Position numbers and translations under genes: made by a program. From positions 192,001 through 256,000 of the forward strand of contig CAXXXF010000004.1 of the NCBI GenBank assembly GCA_963667175.2: a DNA stretch of 64,000 nucleotides, in the 5' to 3' direction. Every line of letters begins with the position of its first letter. The stretch's first letter is position 1. Below are positions 29,431 through 38,078 of this stretch, piece by piece. This DNA comes from Candidatus Latescibacterota bacterium. Lineage in GTDB: Bacteria; Latescibacterota; UBA2968; GCA-2709665. The notes beneath the pieces were generated by a model that made no database searches, was not told the DNA's origin, and saw only the letters and a program-made list of their open reading frames with translations.

Positions 29431-30777
29431 CTACCTATTCTGTAAGGCCTCGCTCATGGCGGCAATTTCACCGAACTGATCCCCAAAGAACCCTTTAGGC
29501 CAATTGGAAATATTCCCGAATTTGTCAAGCTCGAGCTGGCTAATGTTTGAGGCACCCTGGTCGTTCATTGAACAGAAATAAAGGCTAACGTCATCCTTGT
29601 TGATCTTTCCTTCTGCGATTCGACGTTGAAGTCTAAGCAATAGATGTTCGCTATGGCTTTCGAACAAGACCTGTACATTCCGCTGCTGCCAAGCGTCAAT
29701 AAATACATCAGCAAGGCCCGCTTGTACAGAAGGATGCAAGTGAATCTCTGGCTGCTCCAATATGATCTTGGACTTACGTGGAACATAGAAACAAAGCACC
29801 AATACGGGAAGTATCTGGGAAACTCCGAAGCCGATGTCAGTGAGGAGAACCTCAGCTGAATTGGGTGACTTACGGACCCTTACTTCGAATAAGCGTCTCC
29901 CTTTAGTCAATGCCACTACGCGAAAATCGTATATCAATCCGAGACGCATAAGCCATTGCGCGATATATCTTTCGAAACTTAGAGGTCGTCGTCGATGGCT
30001 AATCCTTCTTCCACGTTCGCGAGACGATAGGATTGCGTCTACCGCAAATTCGCCTGCCTGGCCCATATCGCGAGGTTGTGCACCAGATCGTGCGTAGATC
30101 CGAGACGGATAGGCACGCAGAGGTCCGAGATAAAAGAGACTCCTTAAGGACAATTCCAATGCGTATTGAAGGCTGTACATTATGGCCGGGTCTTTGAAGA
30201 ACTCAGGAAGCCAATATCTAAACTCGTGAAATTTAACCGAACGAACTAGCCTATCGTCATCCCTCACACGGTGAGACCTATCCCTTCCGGCACCACGTAC
30301 AAACAGATCGTGTTCCTTCTTTCCCGGTACTCGCACCAAACCAAACCGTCTTCCGCGGACAGTATATGCCATTTTTTTTACTAGTGGCGACTTCCCAGAA
30401 CCGACATTCTCCTCTGTGACATCGACATCAAATCCAATTTCGTCACCTGGCGTTGGAGGTTGGGTGTTAATCGTATCGTCAAATGGCAGCTCAATCTCTG
30501 AGTTCCAGCCGAGCGAAAGTCTAATACTTTGCTTTGTGTCATGCTGGTGGACCACGCTTTCAAAGTCACCTAGGTTCACAGGGGATTTTTCATCGCCGAA
30601 GTGAAATACAATTCCCGGGTCTGAAGAGTCGACCGTTTGTTTCATTAACAGCAAAGCTTGAAAAAGGCTGGTCTTGCCAGAACTATTGGTACCAAAAAAA
30701 CCTGTGATAGGCTTAAACGTAATGTCCCCTGTATCTTTCCAGGATTTAAAATTCTCCAAACGTAGCCGTGTCAACAT
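29431..30777 (-). CDS. ABC-type AAA ATPase (AAA_21/DUF3696-like)
   Basis: LENFKSW, Walker A GTNSSGKT, signature GFGVSQILP, Walker B LEQPEIHLHP, ESHSEH, C-terminal WPKGFF; RBS GAGGAGG. Confidence 0.88.
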   Translation of the reverse strand: MLTRLRLENFKSWKDTGDITFKPITGFFGTNSSGKTSLFQALLLMKQTVDSSDPGIVFHFGDEKSPVNLGDFESVVHQHDTKQSIRLSLGWNSEIELPFDDTINTQPPTPGDEIGFDVDVTEENVGSGKSPLVKKMAYTVRGRRFGLVRVPGKKEHDLFVRGAGRDRSHRVRDDDRLVRSVKFHEFRYWLPEFFKDPAIMYSLQYALELSLRSLFYLGPLRAYPSRIYARSGAQPRDMGQAGEFAVDAILSSRERGRRISHRRRPLSFERYIAQWLMRLGLIYDFRVVALTKGRRLFEVRVRKSPNSAEVLLTDIGFGVSQILPVLVLCFYVPRKSKIILEQPEIHLHPSVQAGLADVFIDAWQQRNVQVLFESHSEHLLLRLQRRIAEGKINKDDVSLYFCSMNDQGASNISQLELDKFGNISNWPKGFFGDQFGEIAAMSEALQNR

Positions 30778-30995
30778 TTGGGGCACCTCCTCAGCGAGTA
30801 CCTAACTGTAAGACGTCAATTTAGCAATCCCAGGAGGCTCGGATCATTTCGTTCGTCAAAATTCATCTTATCTCCGTTTACGTCCGGCTTACTTCGAGAA
30901 TCGTCGACCAGAAAAGTCAAATCTCAGTTCCTTTTGCGGCCAAATTCCTGAAAAAACTGCCGAGATATTTCAATTCAACGTTAATTCCTGCGTTT

Positions 30996-31499
30996 CTAAC
31001 GATTCTCGGATTCCCTCTCAATGATACTTGCAAGCTGATCTTGTCTCCAGGGTACGACATTAATATTGTTGTCGATTATTGCCTTAGGAAGTCGTCGTGG
31101 AGGAGTGTTTCCTTTGTGCATAGCGACGACGGCTTTCCCAATTTCAATGCTCTCTCTTATCTCCCAGTCGACCCATTTGCTACTTACGGTATTTTCAGAC
31201 ACATAGACAACAGTTACAGAAGATTGGCGAATGCGTTCCCTAATACCGCGCCTAATATAGTCGGCTACCTCACTGTCGAACGGTTTTCTCAGTGACCAAT
31301 CATTGAAATTTATGTTGCTGTCTTGGTTCCTCGCCTGAGCACGCAGCAAATTAACCTCATTGAGATCATCCGATGAAAAGCTAATAAACACATTGCGTTT
31401 GTGCTCGTCGACACGATCCTTAAGGGACCGTCTGACACGCTGCTCGAGTGACTCCAGTTCGTTTGGGTCTAATCCTCTACCACTGCCTATGCCGCCCAT
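30996..31499 (-). CDS. TIR-domain protein (DUF1863/Thoeris ThsB-like) with Gly-rich N-terminus
   Basis: RNVFISFS, IRERIRQSSVTVVYVS, SKWVDWEI with the catalytic Glu; starts MGGIGSGRG; RBS AGGAG. Confidence 0.88.
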   Translation of the reverse strand: MGGIGSGRGLDPNELESLEQRVRRSLKDRVDEHKRNVFISFSSDDLNEVNLLRAQARNQDSNINFNDWSLRKPFDSEVADYIRRGIRERIRQSSVTVVYVSENTVSSKWVDWEIRESIEIGKAVVAMHKGNTPPRRLPKAIIDNNINVVPWRQDQLASIIERESENR

Positions 31500-31501
31500 T
31501 T

Positions 31502-32098
31502 CTATCTCCTTTTTTCAGCATTATCGATCTCAATACAAGCGATACAAACCCCGCAAGGATCTTTACCACCAGCGTGACACGAATAGGTTTGTGTGATCCC
31601 TCGTTTGCTGGCCAAAAGCAAGACATCTCGCTTTGACAATTCCAGTAAAGGCGCAAGGACAAGAATGCGGCTCCCCATCGCAATCTCGATCATCCTTTCA
31701 CATTCATCCAAGAAGTGTTTCGTCTGGTCTGGGAAGATGTGATCAGCGGGATTGAGTAGACCGAGCGCGATGCTATTTGCCTGAACATCAATTGCATGAG
31801 CCGCACCTGCCAAGACAAATAGGAGATTGCGGCCCGGCAAAAAAGCATCCTCATTTATGCGCAAATTACAGTTTGTGAGACCACTCGAGATCGTCTTTCC
31901 AAACCCAGACACGTCCATGTACGTAGCAGGTGGTAGACCAAATTGTGAGTGAAGGCGCTCGCAGGCCTCCCATTCCTCGCGTACGGCAAGTTGGCCATAG
32001 TCAATAAAGAGTGGAAATAGCTCTGCTCCTTCCTCCTTCGCTATCACGCTCACAAGAGTTGAATCAAATCCACCCGATACAAGAGTCACGATCCGCAA
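31502..32098 (-). CDS. queC: QueC-family PP-loop ATPase (Cap9-like)
   Basis: SGGFDS PP-loop, IDYGQ, PGRNLLF, YSCH...PCGVCIAC zinc site. Confidence 0.9.
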   Translation of the reverse strand: MRIVTLVSGGFDSTLVSVIAKEEGAELFPLFIDYGQLAVREEWEACERLHSQFGLPPATYMDVSGFGKTISSGLTNCNLRINEDAFLPGRNLLFVLAGAAHAIDVQANSIALGLLNPADHIFPDQTKHFLDECERMIEIAMGSRILVLAPLLELSKRDVLLLASKRGITQTYSCHAGGKDPCGVCIACIEIDNAEKRR

Positions 32099-32777
32099 TT
32101 TTGGATTCCTCCTTTGCCACTCTTATTACAATCCAGACTGCAAGGTCGAATTGGTCAGGCGAGTATCCGAACGCACAGGCATGTTCGATAAAGGCGCTTT
32201 CCAACGCTTCGTATTCGCACAGATTCGAAATCGATTTGAACGATGAGCCTGTAATTCCTACCCAACGCAAATAAGTCAGAACATGCACATCCAAGATCGC
32301 AATGTACTTTGCAAAACAAATGTTGCGGAGAAATAGACTTGCCTGTTTCGGTCCCAGACCTGGAACCTCTCGCACTAGCAGTCTTCGAGCGCTGCAAACG
32401 TCTTCTGAATCATCTAACAGGCTGAGTATTGACCCTCGTGTAATGTATATGTATTCTGCTGCCCGCCGAATCTGATTGGCACGGACGCGAAAAAAGGGAT
32501 AACCTCCCGTTAGTGCTGCTAAAGTGTCCACTTCAAATTGATTAAAACAAGTGCGTGGCTGCGGTCGCGACAACAGACACATACTGCTCATGCGTTCGAT
32601 GGCTGCATTAACAGCCTTGACTCTTACCCGACTACCCAGGATACATGACACAAGCTCCCTCCACAGTTCATCTTCGCTATGGATTCTCCAGGACACGGGC
32701 GGGCGTTCTTCTAATGTGTTGCACACATCGCGGATCGCTTGTTCGATAGATAGTAGCGTGAAATTTTTCGTCGCCAT
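32064..32777 (-). CDS. 8-oxoguanine DNA glycosylase/AP-lyase-like HhH protein (Cap11-like)
   Basis: LWRELVSCILGS, HhH VPGLGPKQASLFLRN with catalytic Lys, AILDVHV, DLAVW. ATG 32777 directly follows the upstream stop. Confidence 0.82.
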   Translation of the reverse strand: MATKNFTLLSIEQAIRDVCNTLEERPPVSWRIHSEDELWRELVSCILGSRVRVKAVNAAIERMSSMCLLSRPQPRTCFNQFEVDTLAALTGGYPFFRVRANQIRRAAEYIYITRGSILSLLDDSEDVCSARRLLVREVPGLGPKQASLFLRNICFAKYIAILDVHVLTYLRWVGITGSSFKSISNLCEYEALESAFIEHACAFGYSPDQFDLAVWIVIRVAKEESKIADRDSCIGWI

Positions 32778-32778
32778 G

Positions 32779-33843
32779 CTATTGAACTCCTTCGATAGCA
32801 GGCAATAGCAGATCCAATTGTTCCTTAGTTGCATACTTTTGGACGAACGATTCAACTCTTCCGGTATACAGTGCTTCCTGAAACCCTACCATAAACTCGC
32901 GATAAAAAACCAGATTGTGCATTAAGACAGATTGGACGTACGGTAGTACGGGAGATTGACCCCACTCTGTTTGGTTTCGGATCAGATCCCATTGCTGGAA
33001 ATGTAACAGCCTGCCATTCTCGTGATCAACGACTGCCTGACACCATTCCAATCCATCAAAACTATCGGCTCCCGCCAATGTGTAGGCAATGATTGAAATC
33101 GGATTTCCGGTTCCAAGCAGGTGAAGCGGGCAATAGAAGCCTAATGCGTTTAACGCTACTCGGATTCTCCGTACGGTGCGAATCCGATCGAGAATTCCCT
33201 CACCTAAATCTCGTTCCGCGACAGCCAACAATAAAGGGTAGAGCTTTTCCGCTGTTAAACGCGCCGCATCAGGCAATTCTTCTGCGTTGCCATGGACTAT
33301 CGGAAGCACTGTTGTCTGTGCATTCTCCTGATCTCTTGTTACACCGGCCACGACATCGTCGGCGATCGATTTCGGAGAGTCAGGTGGCTTCAGGTTATCA
33401 AAACAGAAGCAGAGATCGTGTTGATAGGATTGCACGACCTTATGAAAATCAGCCGGTCCCCAATCGGAATCTTGTTTCCAATAGCTTTCGTAGTTTCCGC
33501 TATCAATAAGTACAACGGCACCGCTTTCTATACGTCTATTAAGGGCAGTTTCCATGCGAGGGCGCTGATCATCAGGACAATTGGCTAAATCATATGCAGA
33601 AGCTAAAAACAGTGGATGACCAGTAACGGTCAGAAAGTCAGCGTAACTGACCGGCGATAGGCTTGTCTTCACGCTCGAAACTGAAGGAAAGAAACAGGGT
33701 ACTTGAACGGTTGTCTCAGCGACGTATAACTCCTGGCTTCGTTCGATTGCCGTAGAGGATTCGACGTTTAGGTATTTGGCTCCATTGCAATGTTGGATTG
33801 TCATCTTAATCATCCTTGATTGCTTGAATCTGAAGAACGCCAC
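32779..33843 (-). CDS. tRNA-guanine transglycosylase-fold protein (Cap10-like)
   Basis: PCFFPSVS, LIDSGNYE, LPIVHG, PLHLLGTG, GADSFDG, HNL motifs. The true start may be 33813 or 33804. Confidence 0.82.
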   Translation of the reverse strand: MAFFRFKQSRMIKMTIQHCNGAKYLNVESSTAIERSQELYVAETTVQVPCFFPSVSSVKTSLSPVSYADFLTVTGHPLFLASAYDLANCPDDQRPRMETALNRRIESGAVVLIDSGNYESYWKQDSDWGPADFHKVVQSYQHDLCFCFDNLKPPDSPKSIADDVVAGVTRDQENAQTTVLPIVHGNAEELPDAARLTAEKLYPLLLAVAERDLGEGILDRIRTVRRIRVALNALGFYCPLHLLGTGNPISIIAYTLAGADSFDGLEWCQAVVDHENGRLLHFQQWDLIRNQTEWGQSPVLPYVQSVLMHNLVFYREFMVGFQEALYTGRVESFVQKYATKEQLDLLLPAIEGVQ

Positions 33844-33892
33844 GTAAGACTTCTGTCCATCGAAGAGTAAGTTTCGGAACAGAATACTGACT

Positions 33893-34852
33893 TTACGCCA
33901 TTTCTTCGCCCGCGTGGGTCGGACCGAAATTTACATTTCGGCGTACACACCACATAGTGTGCTCACGAGAAATGGTCTGCTCGACCTGCTCCACGAGCTC
34001 GAGAAAAACAGCCTCTTCCATTGCATCCAACGCGATTGTTTCCTGATCCCCAAGTTCCTGGGCGGCGAGCGAATAGGACTGAGCCAACTCATTGTAGCGC
34101 TTCATTTGACTCCAGGCGACAGCGGAAGCAGCGCAAGTCATTAACAACGGGACCACGTTTAATGGTAAGCCACTCGAACACGCCTGAATAATTGCAAGAG
34201 CAATGGCGGAAATCTGTAGAACAACAACTGTCCAGTACCAACGGATTTCCTTTCTTGAATTGAAGATGGCTTTATTTGAATACCAGGTCTTTTGATCGCG
34301 AAGCCGCGACTCAAGATATAGGTTCCGCCGTTCACCCACGGATTTCCGACGAATTTCATTCATAAGACCACTAACGGATTGAGCATTTGGATCGAGATTT
34401 TGCGCCAAATCCGTCGGGCTGGACGGTCTCGCTCCTCTTATTTGCTGAAGTTTCTCAAGAAATGATTGCTCAGATGTGCTGTCATCCTTGAATGGTTCAG
34501 CCTTCATCATGAATCGCCATGTGGCGGTCTTTGTTGACTCAGCAATCGCCCGACAGTCAAACCAAACTTCCTCATCCCGACGGACGCGGGATGTCAGAGT
34601 AAGAAAAATGCCAATTGTCAGAACGATCGCTAAAAGAACGTAGGTCCATGTGGCGACGATTGGAAATATTGTCGTCATGGCGACACTAACGCTCCCCAAG
34701 ATAAGACAGAATAAATGCCATCGATGAAAGTGAATATAGCGCCGCTGTGCCGAGATTGAGGATCGATCGGCACTCTGGTATAGTCCCGGAAAGTGTTCGT
34801 CTTCAACAATCGTTGGCGCTGATTCCTGCTGGTTATTCCCGTCATTGACCAT
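33893..34852 (-). CDS. SLATT/DUF4231 4-TM membrane effector
   Basis: Two TM hairpins, WFDCRAIAESTKTATWRFMM, RLRDQKTWY, ISREHTMW motifs of tandem SLATT domains. Confidence 0.82.
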   Translation of the reverse strand: MVNDGNNQQESAPTIVEDEHFPGLYQSADRSSISAQRRYIHFHRWHLFCLILGSVSVAMTTIFPIVATWTYVLLAIVLTIGIFLTLTSRVRRDEEVWFDCRAIAESTKTATWRFMMKAEPFKDDSTSEQSFLEKLQQIRGARPSSPTDLAQNLDPNAQSVSGLMNEIRRKSVGERRNLYLESRLRDQKTWYSNKAIFNSRKEIRWYWTVVVLQISAIALAIIQACSSGLPLNVVPLLMTCAASAVAWSQMKRYNELAQSYSLAAQELGDQETIALDAMEEAVFLELVEQVEQTISREHTMWCVRRNVNFGPTHAGEEMA

Positions 34853-34961
34853 CAAAATGCCTCCGAAAATCTGTGTTTTATCATCACACGTCTGTTCTTG
34901 AAGAAAATCGGTTTCGTGTGTCTAACGTTGCCCTGTCGTGCCGTCTAAAACTCAGTCCGAT

Positions 34962-35051
34962 CAGCCTCATCCGCCCAGTAATAAGGTGCAGTATCACTCC
35001 CTGTTTGACAGAACGGATCCTGCCCCGGCACAACTCCACCAAGGCGATCTC
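34962..35051 (-). pseudogene. Degenerate 3' end of an hsdS gene
   Basis: Translates EIALVELCRGRIRSVKQGVILHLITGRMRL, against EIAALERRRKKVRAVKHGMMEQLLSGRVRL at the C-terminus of the intact HsdS. Confidence 0.75.
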
Positions 35052-35074
35052 AACAAGCTTAATGAAATCGTGGA

Positions 35075-35851
35075 CTATCCCGAGATGCTCTCGCTTAGAA
35101 AGCGCGTAATCCTCTCCTGATTTGCAGTGAGGCTGGAGAATTGCTTCTCGCAGACGTCGCTGAAGCGCGCCAACACCTTGCGATTAATCGACTCTTGGTC
35201 TTCGAAAATGGCGAGTGAACCGAACGGTATTTCCCACCGTTCAAATTGAAGGAGCGCGATCGTTGCGTCGCGGGTCCTGCCATCGCTCGCGAGCGCATGA
35301 ACGAATAACGGCCGCTGCATACCGTTGACTCGACAGTCCACGGTATACATTCCTTGAGGATCCCGTTCAGGATCGTTCCAGTCAAAACTCCGACGATTTT
35401 CCGGGACGGCGCCAGTCATCACCGTACGAAAATCGTCCATAAATGTGGAACTGACCCTTGCCCGAGATAAGTACGAAACGTCGGATATCTTGAGTAGCCC
35501 CTGAACGAACGAATACAGTGCGTCACCGTAACGTTCCTCCGGCACGTCAAGTATCAACTCTCCGTCACGATCCTCGATCTGAAACATGGAAAGTGTATTT
35601 GAAATGATTTTTTGACGCGTGCCACCATGGAGATCCTTCTCATCGATGTCGTATGTCAGATGCATGTACGTATGCGCTTCATCGGAAAGCACCCAACGTG
35701 TACCGTCCTTCCTTAAAACGATGTCCAGATGATCGCCGTCGTCGAACATGAACGGGGTAAACACGCGGAAGCGTTCCATACCCTCGGCCGCAAGCCGAAT
35801 CTGAGCCGAGACCTTCTCGTGAAAGTCTCGCTCTATGGTCTCAAAGGACAT
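35075..35851 (-). CDS. DUF1828-like protein
   Basis: VFTPFMFDDGDHLDIVL...WVLSDEAHT N-terminal motif; C-terminal restriction-endonuclease-like region. Confidence 0.7.
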   Translation of the reverse strand: MSFETIERDFHEKVSAQIRLAAEGMERFRVFTPFMFDDGDHLDIVLRKDGTRWVLSDEAHTYMHLTYDIDEKDLHGGTRQKIISNTLSMFQIEDRDGELILDVPEERYGDALYSFVQGLLKISDVSYLSRARVSSTFMDDFRTVMTGAVPENRRSFDWNDPERDPQGMYTVDCRVNGMQRPLFVHALASDGRTRDATIALLQFERWEIPFGSLAIFEDQESINRKVLARFSDVCEKQFSSLTANQERITRFLSESISG

Positions 35852-35854
35852 TGC

Positions 35855-36337
35855 TTACACCTCCTCGAAAAGGTCAACTTGGAGGTCCGGCGGTAACACA
35901 AGATTCACATCGGAAATCAGACAACGAAGGGCACCGTGATAGTCTCCGAAACGGTCGGTTGGATCGGCGTACGCATCCTCCCTGGTTCCGAGTTCCTGAT
36001 ACCTCTCCGTGGCAACATGAATGTGAAAATCATAGAATTTCACGCCTTCAATGCGGTTCGAATGTTCTTGGCTCTTGCCATTATAGCGCCGGAGGCGGAA
36101 GAGTTGATTTGATCCCGGAACTCGAACAGCCAGAATAACTGAGAAGTCGAGCGGATTGATCTTATTCTGCCTGAGAATCAGACGATACTCGCTCCCCGCA
36201 TCACCTGCTAAATCAAGGTGTTGTTCTTCGTGGCCACGCTTGGACTTTAGACGAATCCGGGTGCGCCAATCTGGAGGCAGGAGCTTGCGCTCTTGTATCA
36301 ACGACTCTATCTCATGATCCGAAAACGTTACCGCCAT
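35855..36337 (-). CDS. DUF6978-like hypothetical protein
   Basis: LRRYNGKSQEHSNRIE...FHIHVATERY His motifs; coupled to the DUF1828-like gene. Confidence 0.6.
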   Translation of the reverse strand: MAVTFSDHEIESLIQERKLLPPDWRTRIRLKSKRGHEEQHLDLAGDAGSEYRLILRQNKINPLDFSVILAVRVPGSNQLFRLRRYNGKSQEHSNRIEGVKFYDFHIHVATERYQELGTREDAYADPTDRFGDYHGALRCLISDVNLVLPPDLQVDLFEEV

Positions 36338-36374
36338 AACGATTACAATTCGATGGCCCACACCTGGCCGAAGA

Positions 36375-36703
36375 GTAGGCGCCGCATCCTTTGTACGTCT
36401 CGGACAACCGAAGCCGTTTTGGAGATCAATCCTATGTCGCGGAACTTTTCATAGCACAGGGACGAAACCCTGATTCCAGGTTTCCTGTCGCAACCGCTCC
36501 ACTTGCCGAGTAGATGGGATTTCCGCATCCAGCTTGAAGTAGACCGCGAGGGACGACTCACTCAGCCACAAGGCGTCCAGAGAGAACTCTCGAGCCTTAC
36601 ACATTGTACGGGCATCTTGGTCCAGTTAGACACCATGCGCGGGTTCACCATTCGCCAGATAGCCAGTTGCTTCAGGAACTTCGCCTAAGGATTGGGCGAT
36701 CAT
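36375..36703 (-). pseudogene. 5' fragment of a paralog of the N6-MTase at 20400-23345
   Basis: MIAQSLGEVPEATGYLANGEPAHGV*LDQDARTMCKAREF...WNQGFVPVL*...NGFGCPR aligns with the first ~110 aa of the intact protein; stops at 36628 and 36451. Confidence 0.92.
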
Positions 36704-36751
36704 CTAGCACCCTCACAAAGTCACAAATCACAATGAGACGATATATCCACT

Positions 36752-36796
36752 ATTATACGTTATTACGGTCCTAGCATTCAACAAAATCCGCAATTA
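36752..36796 (-). promoter_or_regulatory. Second copy of the MTase promoter
   Basis: Minus strand TTGAAT-N18-TATAAT plus the identical 20-mer seen at 23419-23438. Confidence 0.65.
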
Positions 36797-36925
36797 CTGT
36801 GGTTCCACACCAAATCCAGTTCTCTATCACGGTGCAGGAAAGTCGATGAGGAATAATGTCAAAGCACGATTCGGGACGTGACAAAATGGAACACCAACGA
36901 CAATTAAACCAGTTACGGATGAATC

Positions 36926-37135
36926 GTGCATGGGATTGCGCGAAGATATGGCAAACTTCACACTACTGATTGGTCTGGGTAGATCGTGTATAACGTGTGA
37001 GATTGGCGTGTGGCGTGTGTTCGTGAAGCGCTGTACGCAAGATCGCCCACGCTTTCTCGTCGATTCAAAGGTCGTACTCAGCCGCGCGGACGTGCAGTCG
37101 GTGCTCAAAGTCTTCGCTTACGTCAATGTAATCTA
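36926..37135 (-). pseudogene. Degenerate copy of the FitA-like antitoxin
   Basis: DVSEDFEHRLHVRAAEYDL*IDEKAWAILRTAL...ANL, then frameshifted SHVIHDLPRPISSVKFAISSRNPM, aligns with 23524-23778. Confidence 0.82.
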
Positions 37136-37196
37136 CGTCTCCTACAATGGCGACAAGGGTCAGCCGGCGAGGAGTAAAATTGCCCGATTGGACTCA

Positions 37197-38078
37197 TCAG
37201 TCTGCTTGCCTTTTTGAATTGGTTTCATAGAGATTTTCGGTGATTGCGCCTCGGAATATCTCTTCGTTGAGAAATTGCAAAACCTTTTTCGCCCTAGGCT
37301 TTTCCGAAGGGAAGACAATCTTGTCCTCTGAGATGTGAATATCGACGTCGTATCGAGCGGAACGCTCTCTGATTTCCCCGGCGGAATATTGATCAAGCAC
37401 CCCTGAATCCTTGAGCATAGCGAACCGCTTTCGGAACCATTGATTGGCTCCCATCACTAAGGAGTCCGGGTTTTGCGTTGCCAGCAGTTCGTGCCCCAAC
37501 ACGTCGCGAATCTCCTGATCCGACGCCTCCTTATAAAAGTCCTCTAAAGGAAGAAACGTGTTGACGGTACGGTAATTCCGAAACAACAGCTTACGTTCAT
37601 TCGGCAGATACACTGCTGCCAGTTTGTCATCAAGTGTAATCCCGGGATCTTGGATGGTCTTGTAGGTATTTTTCTCTAGAAACAGAAAACGCCCTGGTCG
37701 AATCAAATGCGAGCGGTTAAAATTCTGAAACAATACTATCTCCGCGCTTCCGCCACTTCGGGCAAAAGCCACGACTCCCTTGATGGATTCGATCAGCGTC
37801 TCATTGCTGCTGATTCTTTCAAGATTCGGAACTGTCTGACTGTCTTCGTATACAATCCAAGGTGGAGGGGTGTAATCATCTAAACAGAAACACTCATGCT
37901 CCTCCGGAGTGTAACCCGCATTGAAGTCGATTTCCTGAATTTCTAAAACGAATCTTCGGTACTGGTCTTGCCAATTCTCAGCGAGGTCGATCTGTAGGTC
38001 TTGATACAGAGGAATCGAGAGCAGGTTTGGACTTGTGCCCTGCTTTGCAATTACAGCAAGTTGGAAGTTTTCAAGCAT
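37197..38078 (-). CDS. kwaB: Kiwa KwaB-like (DUF4868) protein
   Basis: ILFQNF-type motif, GITLDDKL, FRKRFAML, VLQFLNEEIF...LYETNSK C-terminus; overlaps an upstream membrane protein gene. Confidence 0.75.
   Translation of the reverse strand: MLENFQLAVIAKQGTSPNLLSIPLYQDLQIDLAENWQDQYRRFVLEIQEIDFNAGYTPEEHECFCLDDYTPPPWIVYEDSQTVPNLERISSNETLIESIKGVVAFARSGGSAEIVLFQNFNRSHLIRPGRFLFLEKNTYKTIQDPGITLDDKLAAVYLPNERKLLFRNYRTVNTFLPLEDFYKEASDQEIRDVLGHELLATQNPDSLVMGANQWFRKRFAMLKDSGVLDQYSAGEIRERSARYDVDIHISEDKIVFPSEKPRAKKVLQFLNEEIFRGAITENLYETNSKRQAD

Noticed and set aside
30790-30995. Possible CD-NTase relic downstream of the TIR gene
   Set aside because: Only a vague GSFFRN patch amid stops; not supportable without a search. 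Kept as a test of the main finding.
31502-33843. Housekeeping queuosine synthesis or a Dpd DNA-modification cluster
   Set aside because: No queD, queE, folE or dpdB-K genes here, and coupling to TIR, SLATT and OGG fits the type IV CBASS ancillary set better.
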